Source: Marsupella aquatica
Lineage: Eukaryota; Plantae; Marchantiophyta
Assembly (NCBI GenBank): GCA_973895155.1
Contig: OZ316893.1
Coordinates: forward strand, 6,147,239 to 6,211,238
Length of the DNA stretch: 64,000 nucleotides
Reading direction: 5' to 3'
A model generated the notes under the pieces. It was not told the DNA's origin. It saw only the letters and a list, made by a program, of their open reading frames with translations, and did not search any database. A program made the position numbers and the translations under genes. Shown piece after piece: positions 1 to 12,600 of this stretch. The stretch's first letter is position 1, and the number at the start of each line of letters is the position of its first letter.

Positions 1-3000
1 TGTCCTGTTAAATTTTTCTTTTGAATTCATTTCATGTCGTTCCCCCCCCCCCCCCCTCTTGCCTTCCTTTTGCCACATGCCAGATGTAAGGCAAAACCCA
101 ACTGCCCATGCCTCCATCCACAACTCACTCCCTGCCCACCTGACTGCACCCTACATATGTTCCATCTTTCTTCGGGTCTTTCTTCCACCCTTCCACTCTC
201 CTTATGCCCACCCTCACTCCTCACCTCTTGGCACCCAACTACTCCACGGGCCTGTCCAGCACCACAAGCCCTCTCCAAGTCATGCGGGGGTGGGGAAGGA
301 AAAGGAAAAAGCAAGGAGGAAGGAAAAAGATAAAGAAAAAAGGGTAAGGGAGAAAATTAAGGATGTGATAAAATAAAGGTCATCTAAATTATGCAACATT
401 TTTGGTGACCTTTGGACTCCCGACTAGGGGGAGAAGATTATCGGACCAATTGGAGAGAGAAGCCATTAGGGAGACACCCATTGCTCATCTAGAACAACTC
501 CTTCCTTGGGTGCAGCCGGGTTCCCCCTCGTACCTATCCATCACCAACTGATCGCCCTGCCCCCAAGACATGCTCATGGCCCAAATTATAATAGCATAGC
601 TTGTTCTAAAGCTTGTCCCAACACGTCGGGACCAAAATGGCCCTGACTCTTGCATCCAACTCCAGATTCTTGCTTGACGTATGGTTTAGGGGCCAAGTGC
701 ATTGGAACTCATCCTCCATGCCTACTTGGCCTAGCCTCCCCAACGCAAGCTCCCTTGAGAGACTGAACGTGGCTTGACTACTGTTTTGATAGGATTTGGC
801 AAGCGGGCGAGATAGCCCCCGCAAACCCCAAGAACCTATGGTTCCCCCAGACCCATATGAGCTCAAGAGGGCATAGCCTTCCTCAAGAGCTTTCCAACAC
901 ACCCAAGAAGTCCTCCAACGGATTTCCCTTTGGGAAGTTATCACCGTTTCTGTTTGACATTTTTCCTTAGTGTCGCGACTGCCGCGGCTCACGACTTCGG
1001 TTCTCCCTTAGCCCCCAAGGAGACACCACTCCCCTCATATATACTTCTGGAGACTTGTCACCCCCGGACCAACTTTGGTCCCCAACCCACATGTCTGGGC
1101 GCGCCACCAACTGGCAATGCCCATAACTTTCTAGTTAGGCGTCCCCAAGCGGTGTGCCTTAGCCCGTTGTGATTGGACTGACCCAATGCTCATGTCTAGG
1201 CCCTCAGACATCATCGTCGCCGGGGACCCTCGATCGGCCAAAGTTGGATTGAGCCATAACTCGTGCCCCAAGCGTCCATTGCCCTTGGAGTAAACTCCAT
1301 TGGCCTTGGGCCCAAGAGGAGCTCTCACTCAAGCCCTCAGAACTCAAATTCCGGACGGTCGACCTTGAACCCAGCCCTTGGCTAGTCTAATTCCTTAGTG
1401 TGTGCCACCAGTTTAGCGCCTTGACTTTGCCAGTGCCACCCCCCATTGCCCACAAGTCTCCCCATGCTAAGTCCTCCACGGATGGCCTTTCCGGGCCTGG
1501 ACCATAGGGGAGCTTGGTGTCGGAGTCAGCAACGCCGGAGCTAAGTGTTAAGGTAGTCGAGTTCCATGACTCATTCTCAAGAGCAGCATCTCCTACAAGT
1601 ATATAATTATTAAAATTTTACTTCCATATTCCAAGGCGGGTCATGCAAGGTTGACCAAAAATGTTGTTTATGTCTAAGGAGGTTCTTTATTGAGTGTGAA
1701 TAAAGTTTGCATGAGTGTGGTATCAATCTCTTCAACATGTATTCATGTTTATATTTACGCATCTTACATAGTTACTTTATCTTTATCATCTTTGCCTCCC
1801 ATGACATCTTCTTTCACCTTGACGTCTTTGTCTCATCTTGACATATTTTTCTCATCTCGGCGGCTTTTCTCTCCTTGACATGTTTTGTCCTCACCTTGAC
1901 ATGTTTTTTCCTCACTTTGACATCTATTTCTCACTTGCACATTGTTTTCTCTCCTCGCCATGTTTTCCTTTCCTTGACATCTTTTCCTCTTCTCAACATC
2001 TCTTACTCACCTTCACATCTTGTGTACTCAAGCATGCTCCTGTAAACTTACAAATGAAACTACATGTATATATTTGTCTTTTACTGAAAGACTCACTTAT
2101 GAAAACTATGCATTTTTTACATTTGTAATATTAAAGGACCACGTGACCATTCTGCACTTATCTGCCACTTATCCATGGAATGGAGTAATCCGCACTGCAC
2201 TTAGATAAGGTGACACTGCACTTATATAAGCTGGACTCCTGTATTGGCTAAGATCTCCATCTCTCCTTTGCTAGGATCACTCAAAGGCTAGGATCACTCA
2301 AAGGATATACCAAAGTAAATACCATATCCACTGCAGGAGATATGAGTGGCCTAGATAGTGTACACAAAGGTTTGTATGATGTGCTACCTAGCAAATTGTT
2401 TTGTTTTGGGGACCCAGTGTTGGACCTTTGGTGACAACTGTTTTGGAACAATGAACATTATATACAGAAATTACTCAACTGCTAATACTGGTTGTTGCAA
2501 AGGTTTGCCCTAACACCTATACATTGGAAAAGTTGGTCATAACACTTACATAGAGTCATTATTTTCTCATGATCCTTTAGAGGATGTAATGAGATTTATT
2601 TTGGCACTGACTCATAGCTGAGTATATCGCACAAGAAAATTGTTTGTGATTGTTTGGCACTTACATAGCCTTTCACTTGTGAACCATTCAAGGAGTCCTC
2701 AATTCATTTTTAGTGGATACAAATGAATCTGCCAAATAGTTTCTATCGAACAGTAGGGTTTTCTTTCTTTACTCTCACCCCAGTTTTGTGTTCTTTAATT
2801 TTGAGCCAAACAACAAGGGTGATGGTTTTGTTGAGTCGTTTCTAAATATTAAAAAAAATTGGTCTCAGGTACTCTTCTAGGTAAACAGTAACCGGGTCAA
2901 CCAGATTGCAAGATTCATGGGAGTGGTCCATCCTAGCATTACTTTCTGGAAATGAGGGTCAAGAAGTGGTATGTGGCTTTTTGAGGAGCACCTTTGTAAA

Positions 3001-3476
3001 AGCCTGAACTAAACACCTATAAAGAGCTACAGGTAACCAGTAACCCAGTAGTAATTACTGGTAGCTCTCATCATAAAGTTTGAGGTTCAGTCGCTCTCAT
3101 CATAAAGTTATAGGTTCAGTCCCCGGTTTAGGGTTTAGGGTTTATAGCACGTCGACCATTTGGTCCTGTGGGTTGGTGTCCCTTTTTGGGTCCCCAGTTT
3201 TGTATATTGCTATTTGAATGGAATTCATTTGGTTCTTTCGAGGCAAAAAAATAACGTTCGAAGGTCAGGAATGTGCTTCATCTCCACAAAAGATGGTGAG
3301 TGCATAACCTGTTATTGACAAGTGCTCCATTTTTAATGGTGAGACACTCTTCACCACAGGACGACAGGAATGAAGCGTAGTGAGGGAGGGAATGAGCTTT
3401 TTACAAGGGGCTAAGGTGATCTGAAGTGAGGAGCAAGATTGACATGAAGCTAGCACATAAAAGTAATTTCAAACTG

Positions 3477-3559
3477 TCACAAAAAACAAAAGGCGCCCAC
3501 CAGTATACATGATCCCTCACAAAAAACAAAAGGCGCCCACCAGTATACATGATCCCTCA
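3477..3559. repeat. Perfect 40-bp tandem duplication
   Basis: TCACAAAAAACAAAAGGCGCCCACCAGTATACATGATCCC occurs twice head-to-tail (3477-3516, 3517-3556). Confidence 0.9.
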
Positions 3560-6500
3560 GGCAAAAGACCTAATCAAGGGGCACAACCAAAAGGCAAAGG
3601 GAGGTTTTTGGTTGTGATTCTATCCACTTGCAACTTTGCCTACTTGTCCCTGTGCGTAGGTATCCCCAGAGGCCAGCCAGTCCCCTGTGCGCCTATATTG
3701 TTCCGACAATATAGTCCCTGTCCTACTCCGCGCGGCCTCCCTTCAGGAATCATTCATTCATGATCCCTTTAATTCGGTCAATTCTGTTTTTCGAGTCCCC
3801 AGCTGAGCCGAATGGCCGAATCGTCTGCATCGATCACGAACAGAAGCTTGCTCGGTCAAGGTTATAATTGCCATTTGGTAGGGCCGATTCTCGCCTCTAG
3901 ACTGTATCTTGGATTGGATCGATACACTTCATGCGGCAGAGTTCTTTTTTTTGTTGCCTCGAACGATGTCCGTAAGTAACAGTCCATCATGCAATAAAAT
4001 TACGGCTCTCTTCTACATGGTGCTGCAGTAATCTCGCCCTCATGATCAATTGTGGAGAAATGTAGAAGAGAAATGATCGTTTGATTTACTCAATCCTATC
4101 GATTTCTGGCTCCGTCCACAAACTATCCCCAATTTGTCTGTTTGAGATTATATTTCGGCAGAATCCTCGTCCTGTTTTCGGGGTTCTTAGTTTAAGGTCC
4201 TCGCTGAGAGGCAGTGCGACATTCTAGATCCCTGGACAGAAAGCTCGTCGTGTTTCTCGGTGGGTCGCCGGGTCAGGTTCTAGTTATCCGACTTTCATGA
4301 GATACTAGGACAGATTTCTCGTCCTGTCCGTCCGGAAGGGGCAGATGCTCCACTCTGGAGTATAATATCCACGACGGATTTGTCGGCTTTCCTCCATCCC
4401 TTCTGGCGTCTTGCAACGGACGCCTAGCTTGTCTATAAGGCCCTGTCCCTGCATCTCCTGCTGTGCTTTCGAAACTCAGTGCTCTAAGGATCAGCAGGAC
4501 GGGGTCCGGAGCGCCGCATAGTGTAAGACAAGGAGCCGCCGTAGGGCCTTCGAATGGTGCAGGACAAGAATTCGTATTACAGAAAGGACTGTTGGCCATT
4601 TAGGTCCCAGATGAATAGATGATGGAGTGAAGGGCGGGGATCCCGGTTGGGCCATGTTTAAATTTGTCCAGCCAAACCCTCGTCCGGAAAAGACCCAACA
4701 TCAGTCGTTGCTGGTGAGAATCTCTTCCGCGAGCGCGAGTCTCGCTCATATTTTATTCTGGCGGAATGTTTTGTCCCCGACTACCCGTGTCTTATGCCTG
4801 CAGGAATCCCTGTCTCGCTTTGAGTCGGGTGCACAATTATATCGGCTCCTATCTCCGGAATCAGTTAGTCTGTTACCCGCAGTTGACTTCCTTGAAAACG
4901 GTGGTTTCCGTTCGTGATGAATGGAAACTAAGGTTTTCTATAATTACAAGCCAGGTCCACGGGTGACCATGGTTCCCTCGTGCTCAACGACTTTTTCACA
5001 ACTTTGCAAGCTCGATTTGAGCGTGACCACTTTAAGATATGTGGAGAACGAAACCTGCACAGTTCCATTTCAATCAGCTGGTTCTCAACGCAGCTTCAAG
5101 GGCTTTGATTCGGAACTGGAAGCTTGAAATTAAATCTCTGACGTTCGAGAAGCATTCGAACGATTTTACCCGACCGTTTGCTTAGTATGGAAAGGTAGGC
5201 TGAAGTCGACACAAAACTAACCAGAAGTTGCTGTATCGAAGGCTTTTTCCACTCTCAGTGTTTTCTGAGTGGTCTGGATGACGTGAAGTCCCGTACCTGA
5301 TTGTAGATGAATTTCCTGTTAACAGCTAACCTTGGACATATTTCGTTGACACAGCTCAGATCTGGCTGGGGAAGATAGTTGCACTATAAATGAAAGGATA
5401 CTCCACAGATCTGGTAATCCATGATTCAATTTAATGAGTGTCAAACTAACGAGGAGAATAGTTATGAGCACCAAACAGCTGCTTCAGACGTCAACTGATC
5501 GACGCTCATGAACATGTACCAATATAATGCTGCCACTAAGTTCCAAAAAGGGAACAGGAGACCTCCCGCACTAATCTCTAGGCTAGTGACTTGTGAAATA
5601 GACATCATCAGAGTACTCTGAATGTTATAAGGAGCGAACTTCCTTTTAACACTAGACTAGCTCACTTTTGCCGCATTCTACTGTAAAGAAAGGTCAAGTT
5701 TATTAGATGTGAATCTTTGAAAACCTATTGACTGTGCTTACTAGGTATCTACAGAGGATGAGCAACGATTCCCAGTACTGTAATACTTGGTAGTCACTGA
5801 TTGTCTTGAGTTGAGAAGTTTTGTCGACCAAGAGACTGGGCATTGCCTCGTTGGTCGACTGCTTTTAACGAATTATGACAAGGATTGGCCAGCACTAAAC
5901 TCTGACTTGAGACACCGACGGGGACACCGACCAACCCTCAGGGACATTTATTGATACGATAGATCGATATATAAAATTGTTGATGCATTTTGTCTAGAGA
6001 CTATGATGTATTTGAGCTGAGAGCCTACGAAAGACCTGGGAAATTTGAAGCCCATGATTGGGTTCTCTCCCCGGTTTTCTCCATTCTGCTAGCATAGTAT
6101 CGTGCAAGTTTTCAGTCTCCAAATCATCATAACGCAAGACATTCGTTGGCACCAAGCAGTACTAGACTAAATCAGGTTGGCCCGCAGTCAAGTGCCCCAA
6201 GTGATTTGAATTTTTTCGCTGCGCTTAATATGGAAAGATTTGTTTATGAGTGCTCCTATTATATGTCGTCAAAGAAGCTTTTGCCACTGTGGGTACATTT
6301 TTTATTCCAAGCACCGATGATCAAGCTGAAATTAATTGAAATACAGATTTGTAAGCTTCCAGGGATTAGTCAAGGATACGCATCCAACTAAGCTCCGAAG
6401 ATGAAACATTTGCCGTGCAGTAGCTCATCCTAGTGCTGTCATCAGCTTCATGCCAGTGTGCCGGATAGCATGAGCTTGGGATCCAGATAGGTGAGGGCTC

Positions 6501-9130
6501 ACACTGAGCTACGTTTGGTTGCACCAAAACCGGGTGACTCTCTCGCTCCCTGGTTACCTCGATGCGGTATCCCATCTAATGTAAGAGAGAGAAGAGAGAT
6601 TATGCCTTCCAATCGAGTTCGCATAGTTTCAGTTCAGGAGTCTTAATGTGCGACTAAATTATCAGGGCATTGATAGAGAACTCGTTGTAGCATATTCGAT
6701 CATTCGAAGGATCTAAGAGTGCAGAACAACCTTCTCACTGACTAAGAGATTGCAGTCTTGCTCCTCCAATATTAGATGTAACCACTTAATTTTCTGCCAT
6801 AGTCGCACGTGCCCTCGACCACTTTGAGCCACACTCCGGCTGGCGTCCGACAATACCAACTCGTTAACAGCGGTCTACTTTCTCGTCTCTTCACTGTGAG
6901 TCCTCAGGTAAGGGCCGTGCAACTTGAAGATTTGGGGAGAAGACAGAGCCAAGGATTCTAGTCCTTTTGAAAATAAAAGTACAACCGATTCAGGTCATAT
7001 TGGAAGGGTAGAGCATTAGGAATGAGTGCTCATCATGCTACTAGAAATGGGGACATTCACTAAGTTCGTGTGGAAAGAATGATTCAGCTGCGTAAATTTC
7101 GGCCCACCTCACGTGTGCGAACTTCTGAGTGAGCTCATCTTCTAGTTGTGTGAATGTCAACCCGGACAGGCAGTGTCGAGTGCGTGTCAACCTTATATGA
7201 CAGATATGCAGGTTATATGGAAAAACTTCACGGCTTTTTGCATGAACTGATCAGTAAAATGTCATCGACTATAAATTGCTTTAATTTGTAATTCGAGCTC
7301 TCAGGCCAACTTCAAGAGCTTGTTTGGTATGATTTGTTGGGATTAGGTACTCCAGTTCAAAAGAACTTGAAATCTGATATATTTTCGTCTTCAGCTGGAA
7401 TTTGTCATGCTTCGAAAGTGATATTGTTGAACTTCACTTCATAATTATACTGACCACCCTCCTTGATGTCTAATAGATGGCTAAAATTGTACGCAGTGTA
7501 AACTGTAACGGGCCAGGTAGAATTTCAAATTAGTGACAACGGCTCTCTCAATTTTCATGGTGACTACTGTCGGCTGTCCTTTAAAATTTTTCAAGTATCC
7601 ACCATGCAGTAAGCAAGAATAGGTCGAAAGACTTAAAGTGTCAGATTGTACAAAGCCAATATGTTTATCTTATTGGTGTCGGTCGGCTACTTCTCGATTG
7701 ATCATGGAGCTGAGAGCAGATTCATTTGGCAATCACGTAAGCATAATATCATTTGCATAATATGAGTGGATCTTCCAGTTCTTTCTATGTCCAGTCTCGC
7801 CATTTGCAAACTGAGAATTATCAAATATGTCTCTGAAAGAAAATAATTATGTCGGAAGGTCGATAGACAAAGCTTCTTACTTAAAACATTCTACGGGAAT
7901 GATTCAAACTCCAGCTCCAATCATCAGTCTAGTAAAACAAGACCGGCTGGGAAGAATGTCCCCTAACCATGTTTGAAACTCATTCATTGGTTGTAATGTA
8001 AAGCCGGTGCTGTACTTTCAATACGATTTAGGACAGAAAAAGTATGAAATTGGAGCCTTGGTGCAACTCTACCTCTGCCAAAATGCTTGGATAAGCTTTT
8101 GGAACCTGGATGGGATGTAGCAAAACCCTCATTCTGCTCATATTGTAGATATCAAACCTAATAGTGAGATGTGGCAAGAAAAGGAGAAAGTCATATTTGG
8201 AAATTTGTAGGAATCTCAATTTTCAATAAAGTTTAGAAGTAGTTTCTAACCAACTCAGAACAATAAGATTCCACTGAATATCGAGTGAGATATTGAAAGT
8301 CAAAGCTAACTAAAACAACTTAAGGAAATGTCAAGAGTGGACTCTGAGTGATGAAATCCTTTTCAGAAACCCATAAATCTCTCAAATCTCACTATATATA
8401 TTAGACTGATTAGGAAGTTCTTTACAAACCGCTTTTCAAGTGCCCAAGAAGAGTTCAATTCATTGGATATCATGGGAGATATTGAAGATCAAACGTAGCT
8501 GTTGAAATGTTTTTGGAACCAACGAGTGACGTGCAAAAAATGTCACGGTCCACGACTGCATTATTTAAAGGCAAATGATTGCGCTATTCTAATAAATTGA
8601 AACCTGAAAGGAGTAGTGATAACAGAAGAGCTTTGCGCATTAGAGGGTTGTGGGTGCCCTACTAGAGCAGATGTACAGCCCTCGAGTGCCCAAATCCTAA
8701 CAGTATAGAATAATGTAGCCTTGCTTCAAACTCACAGGGTTCTCCAGTGGGATTGCAAGAATTGAGATTTCCTGAAAGAGAATTCTGTTATCCTGGAGTC
8801 GGGCCTGGAGTACATGAAGAAAACTGGCATCATAGATATCATTGAGTTACGTTTTAACTTAGCACTTGGGAAACATCTTCATTTATGTTAAACTACAGTA
8901 GATCTGCCGGCCACAAACAATTTTGTCAGTTCCTCACTTTTATTTGCGTCAAGTTTGCACAATTTCTCACTGGTCCCCAAGAGACCAATCCAGGATTTTG
9001 AACCAACTGTTTAACATCTAGTTCGCTGTTATGAATTTAAGCCCATTCTGTTGTGCTGTATTGCCTCAACCGCCTTCTTGCGAAGTTGAACATAAATTGA
9101 AGCGGATGACGTACACCCAGACCATTTTAG

Positions 9131-9429
9131 TGTTGACAGTCACTTTGCTTCATGATTCATAGCAAAGTACCATGCGCTTCTAAGTGAGAAGTATGATTGT
9201 ATCAGGCTGTTCTGCTGTGTCCACTCCCCCGGATATTACGGCTTGTTATCCGCTTGCTTGCTTTGATGATTAGTAGGGACGTGCCCTGTACGTATCACAT
9301 TTCACCGTAGATCTATGTTCTACCTCCTAATGGATTAAAATCCATCTGTATCTCTGGCATGTATTTATGTGGGGGCCCCGCCTCCCCTTTCCCACTCATC
9401 ACAGGAGATCAATAAACTTGTTCTCTTCA
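9131..9429 (+). repeat. 5' LTR of copia-A
   Basis: TGTTGACAGT...TTCTCTTCA; no difference from 14075-14373 seen by eye; AATAAA near the 3' end. Confidence 0.95.
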
Positions 9430-9441
9430 TGGTATCAGAGC
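9430..9441 (+). promoter_or_regulatory. Primer binding site (tRNA-iMet)
   Basis: TGGTATCAGAGC immediately after the 5' LTR. Confidence 0.93.
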
Positions 9442-9651
9442 CTTCCCAGGATAATGCCTGAGGGCTCAGTCTTTTCTTCCGTATTTTTCTGTAGTTCCGA
9501 GTTGGTAAGAATCACTCGCGTAGCTTTGGAGTCATAGCTGTATAGTCTTACGTTGCAGGTGATAGATCCCTGTCGTGTTCTCCGTAGTACTCAGGAATTT
9601 ATTTTCATAGGTGATAGGTCCCTGTGCATTTCTTAATAGTACTCAGGAACG

Positions 9652-12600
9652 ATGAACCAGGATATGAATTTCTCAATGTCCAAGGACGAGAAACTTAATG
9701 GGAACAACTACCCATTATGGTCCTACAAGATGAAGCAGAGTTTCATCAAGGAGAAGATTTGGTACGTAGTTCGGGAGAATCTTCTTGGAGTGATCTTTGA
9801 TGCTAACGATCCTGTCAATCCCACTCCCGCTGAGCGACGTACAGCTCAGAACAAGGCATTATATATGCTGACTAAAGCAGTAGAGGACAAGATGCTTGCT
9901 AGATATGTGCGGATTGATGATCCAGCTTTTCTCTGGGCAGAACTCCGCCGTGCTTGTGCAGGCAACACCACTTCTCGCCGTGCTGTACTCAAACGGAAGC
10001 TTTTCAGTCTCAGATTCCCTGAGTCTGCTACCATGACTACTAACTTCAGCACTGTCAATGAGTTACTTAACGATCTTGCTGCTGTGGATGTCGCTTTTAC
10101 TGATGAAGAATTGCAGGGAGTAATCATTGATGCTCTACCCCGTAGTTGGGAGACCTTCGGAGCTGTTCTTGCAGGACGAGAGAATATGCCTTCCTTCTCC
10201 CAACTGGAGAATATTGTTCGTGAAGAAGAGAGTCGTCGTGGTGCTCGCAATTATGCTGGTGAAGAGGCGCTATTTGTCCGTCATGTTTTCCCCCCACCTG
10301 CACCTTATGGCCGGTTCAACAACGCAGGGGGACGTGCCCGCGGTCGTGGAGGTCCTAATTTTGGAGGAAGAGGGGGCCGTGGACGTTTCCCGGCGCCATT
10401 GAACAACAACAACCGTGGAGACAACAACAACCGTGGGGCCTGCTTCACGTGCAGCGACCCCAGCCATGTTGCCCGCAACTGCCCTTTCCGTGGTCTCGAA
10501 ACTGAGTTGCAACGCCTCACCGCTCGTATGACTCAGATGAACATTGGGGCTGGACGTGCTGCAAACCTCGTGGAGACAAATTTTGGTCCAAACCCGAATC
10601 CCGACGTTGAAGAATATTTTGATGCTGCACCTGAGAATGTCGATACGGTTACAGCTGACCAGATTCTGGAGGCCAATTTTACTGAGGTGATAGCACAGCC
10701 TGATCACCCGGAATGGATCTTCGACTCTGGAGCTAACACCCACCTCACTAGTGACAAATCTGGACTCACAAATTTTGTAGCTCTTGCCCCTGGATCCTCG
10801 GTGGCAACCGCTGGTGGGGCTGCCTTGGATATCAAGGGTAAGGGCACCCTCATTCTTGATCAGAATAAACTTTTGAACGTTTTGTATGTGCCGCGTGCCC
10901 GTCGTAGCCTTATCTCTGTTGGAAATCTGGCTGATTTAGGACAAACTATATGTTTCAATTCCTCACAGTGTGTGGTGTTAGATCAAGAAAATCAAGTTAG
11001 CATGCATGGGGCACGTGATCCAGTGACTCGCCTATACACTCTAGTTCCCAAGCCTCCACCTAAGCTTGAGCAACTCTCCTTACCGATAGCTTCATGTCAC
11101 ATCGCCACTACTTCTTCATCTAATGCTGAACTTTGGCACAAACGCCTTGGACATATCCATTTTCAGAAATTAGCACACATGAGTTCAACTCACCTAGTTG
11201 TCGGCATTCCACATATTTTGCCAGTCAACACAATATGCAGCACTTGCATGGTAGCCAAGCAAACACGGGAAAGAATTCCAAAGCACTCTCTGACACAAAC
11301 AACTAGGCCTTTTGAGCTAGTTCACTCTGACGTTTGGGGCCCAGCCCGTGTACCATCCTTAGCAGGCTCTCGCTATGTCCTCACATTTACCGACGACTAC
11401 ACACGGTATACCTGGACATTCTTCCTTCGTTTCAAATCCGAAGTCTTTTCTACTTTCAAAGACTTTTGTGCTTCTGTCCAGAGTCAATTCGGATATCAGG
11501 TTGGATGCCTGCGAACCGATCGAGGTGGAGAATACATTTCTCATGATTTTCAACAATTCTGCTCCACTAGAGGCATTTTTCGTCAACTCACTGCCGCCTA
11601 CACTCCACACCAGAACGGTGTCTCTGAGCGTAAAAATCGAACTCTCATTGAAGCGGCTCGCAGCCTTTGCTTTGGTGCTCATTTTCCGGCACCTCTTTGG
11701 GAAGAGATGGTGCGGACTGCTACTTATATTCTGAACCGATGTTCCACTCGAGCTCTCTACAAAACAACTCCTTTTCAGCATCTTCATGGAATCAAACCTG
11801 ACGTTAGTCATTTCCGAGTCATTGGCTGCTCAGCATATATTCACATCCCTGCTCCATTACGCTCTAAGCTTGAACCAAAATCTCTCAAAGCTATTTTTGT
11901 TGGTTACGATGAAAACACCAAGGGATATCGTTGTTACTCGCCCAGTAGACGTAAAATTATTATCAGTCGCAATGTTCGTTTTGATGAGTCTGAACTTGGC
12001 ATCTTTGCCGTTGCTGGTCCTGAACCCACTTCCATCGATTTTGGGGATTTATCGCCTTTTGACTCAATTGCTCCACCTATACCAGACATTGTTCCTGCTC
12101 CCGATGATAATACCGACCCAGACTCCACTCTAGGAGATCACAAGGATACTGCTCCGCCTGACACGGTTATAGCAGATCCACCCATAGCTCCAGTTGAATA
12201 TCGTCGCTCTGGCAGACTCCGCTCTCATAATTCTAGGCTTCTTGGGTTTTATGCTGAACCTCCTCCTTTAGAATTATCGGCTTGTGCTATCGAAACTTCT
12301 GATCCAACTATCACTGACAACATTTCTCTTCGTGAAGCACTCACTCACCCTGACTGGTCTGGAGCTATTGACGAAGAGATGGACTCCATCCATAAAACCA
12401 ACACTTGGACCCTTATGGAATTACCCCCTGGCAAGCGCGCCATTCCATCTATGTGGGTCTTCAAACGGAAACCTATCTCTGCCACTCATGGTCGACTGAA
12501 GGCTCGTCTTGTTGCCAAGGGCAATTATCAGCAACATGGCATCGACTACTTTGAGACTTTTGCGCCAGTGGTCAAATGGACAACTCTCCGAACTATCACT

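Noticed and set aside
1-1600. GC-richer stretch with several short ORFs
   Set aside because: No recognisable motifs or long frame; probably a decayed TE remnant that cannot be assigned.
1790-3120. Degenerate CTTGACAT-TTTT repeats and short 17-29 bp tandem duplications
   Set aside because: Ordinary slippage or repair-type duplications with no further structure.
3127-3143. TTTAGGG telomere-like motifs (also ~17131, ~18958, ~47940)
   Set aside because: Only 1-2.5 units each; common in plant genomes and not an interstitial telomere array.
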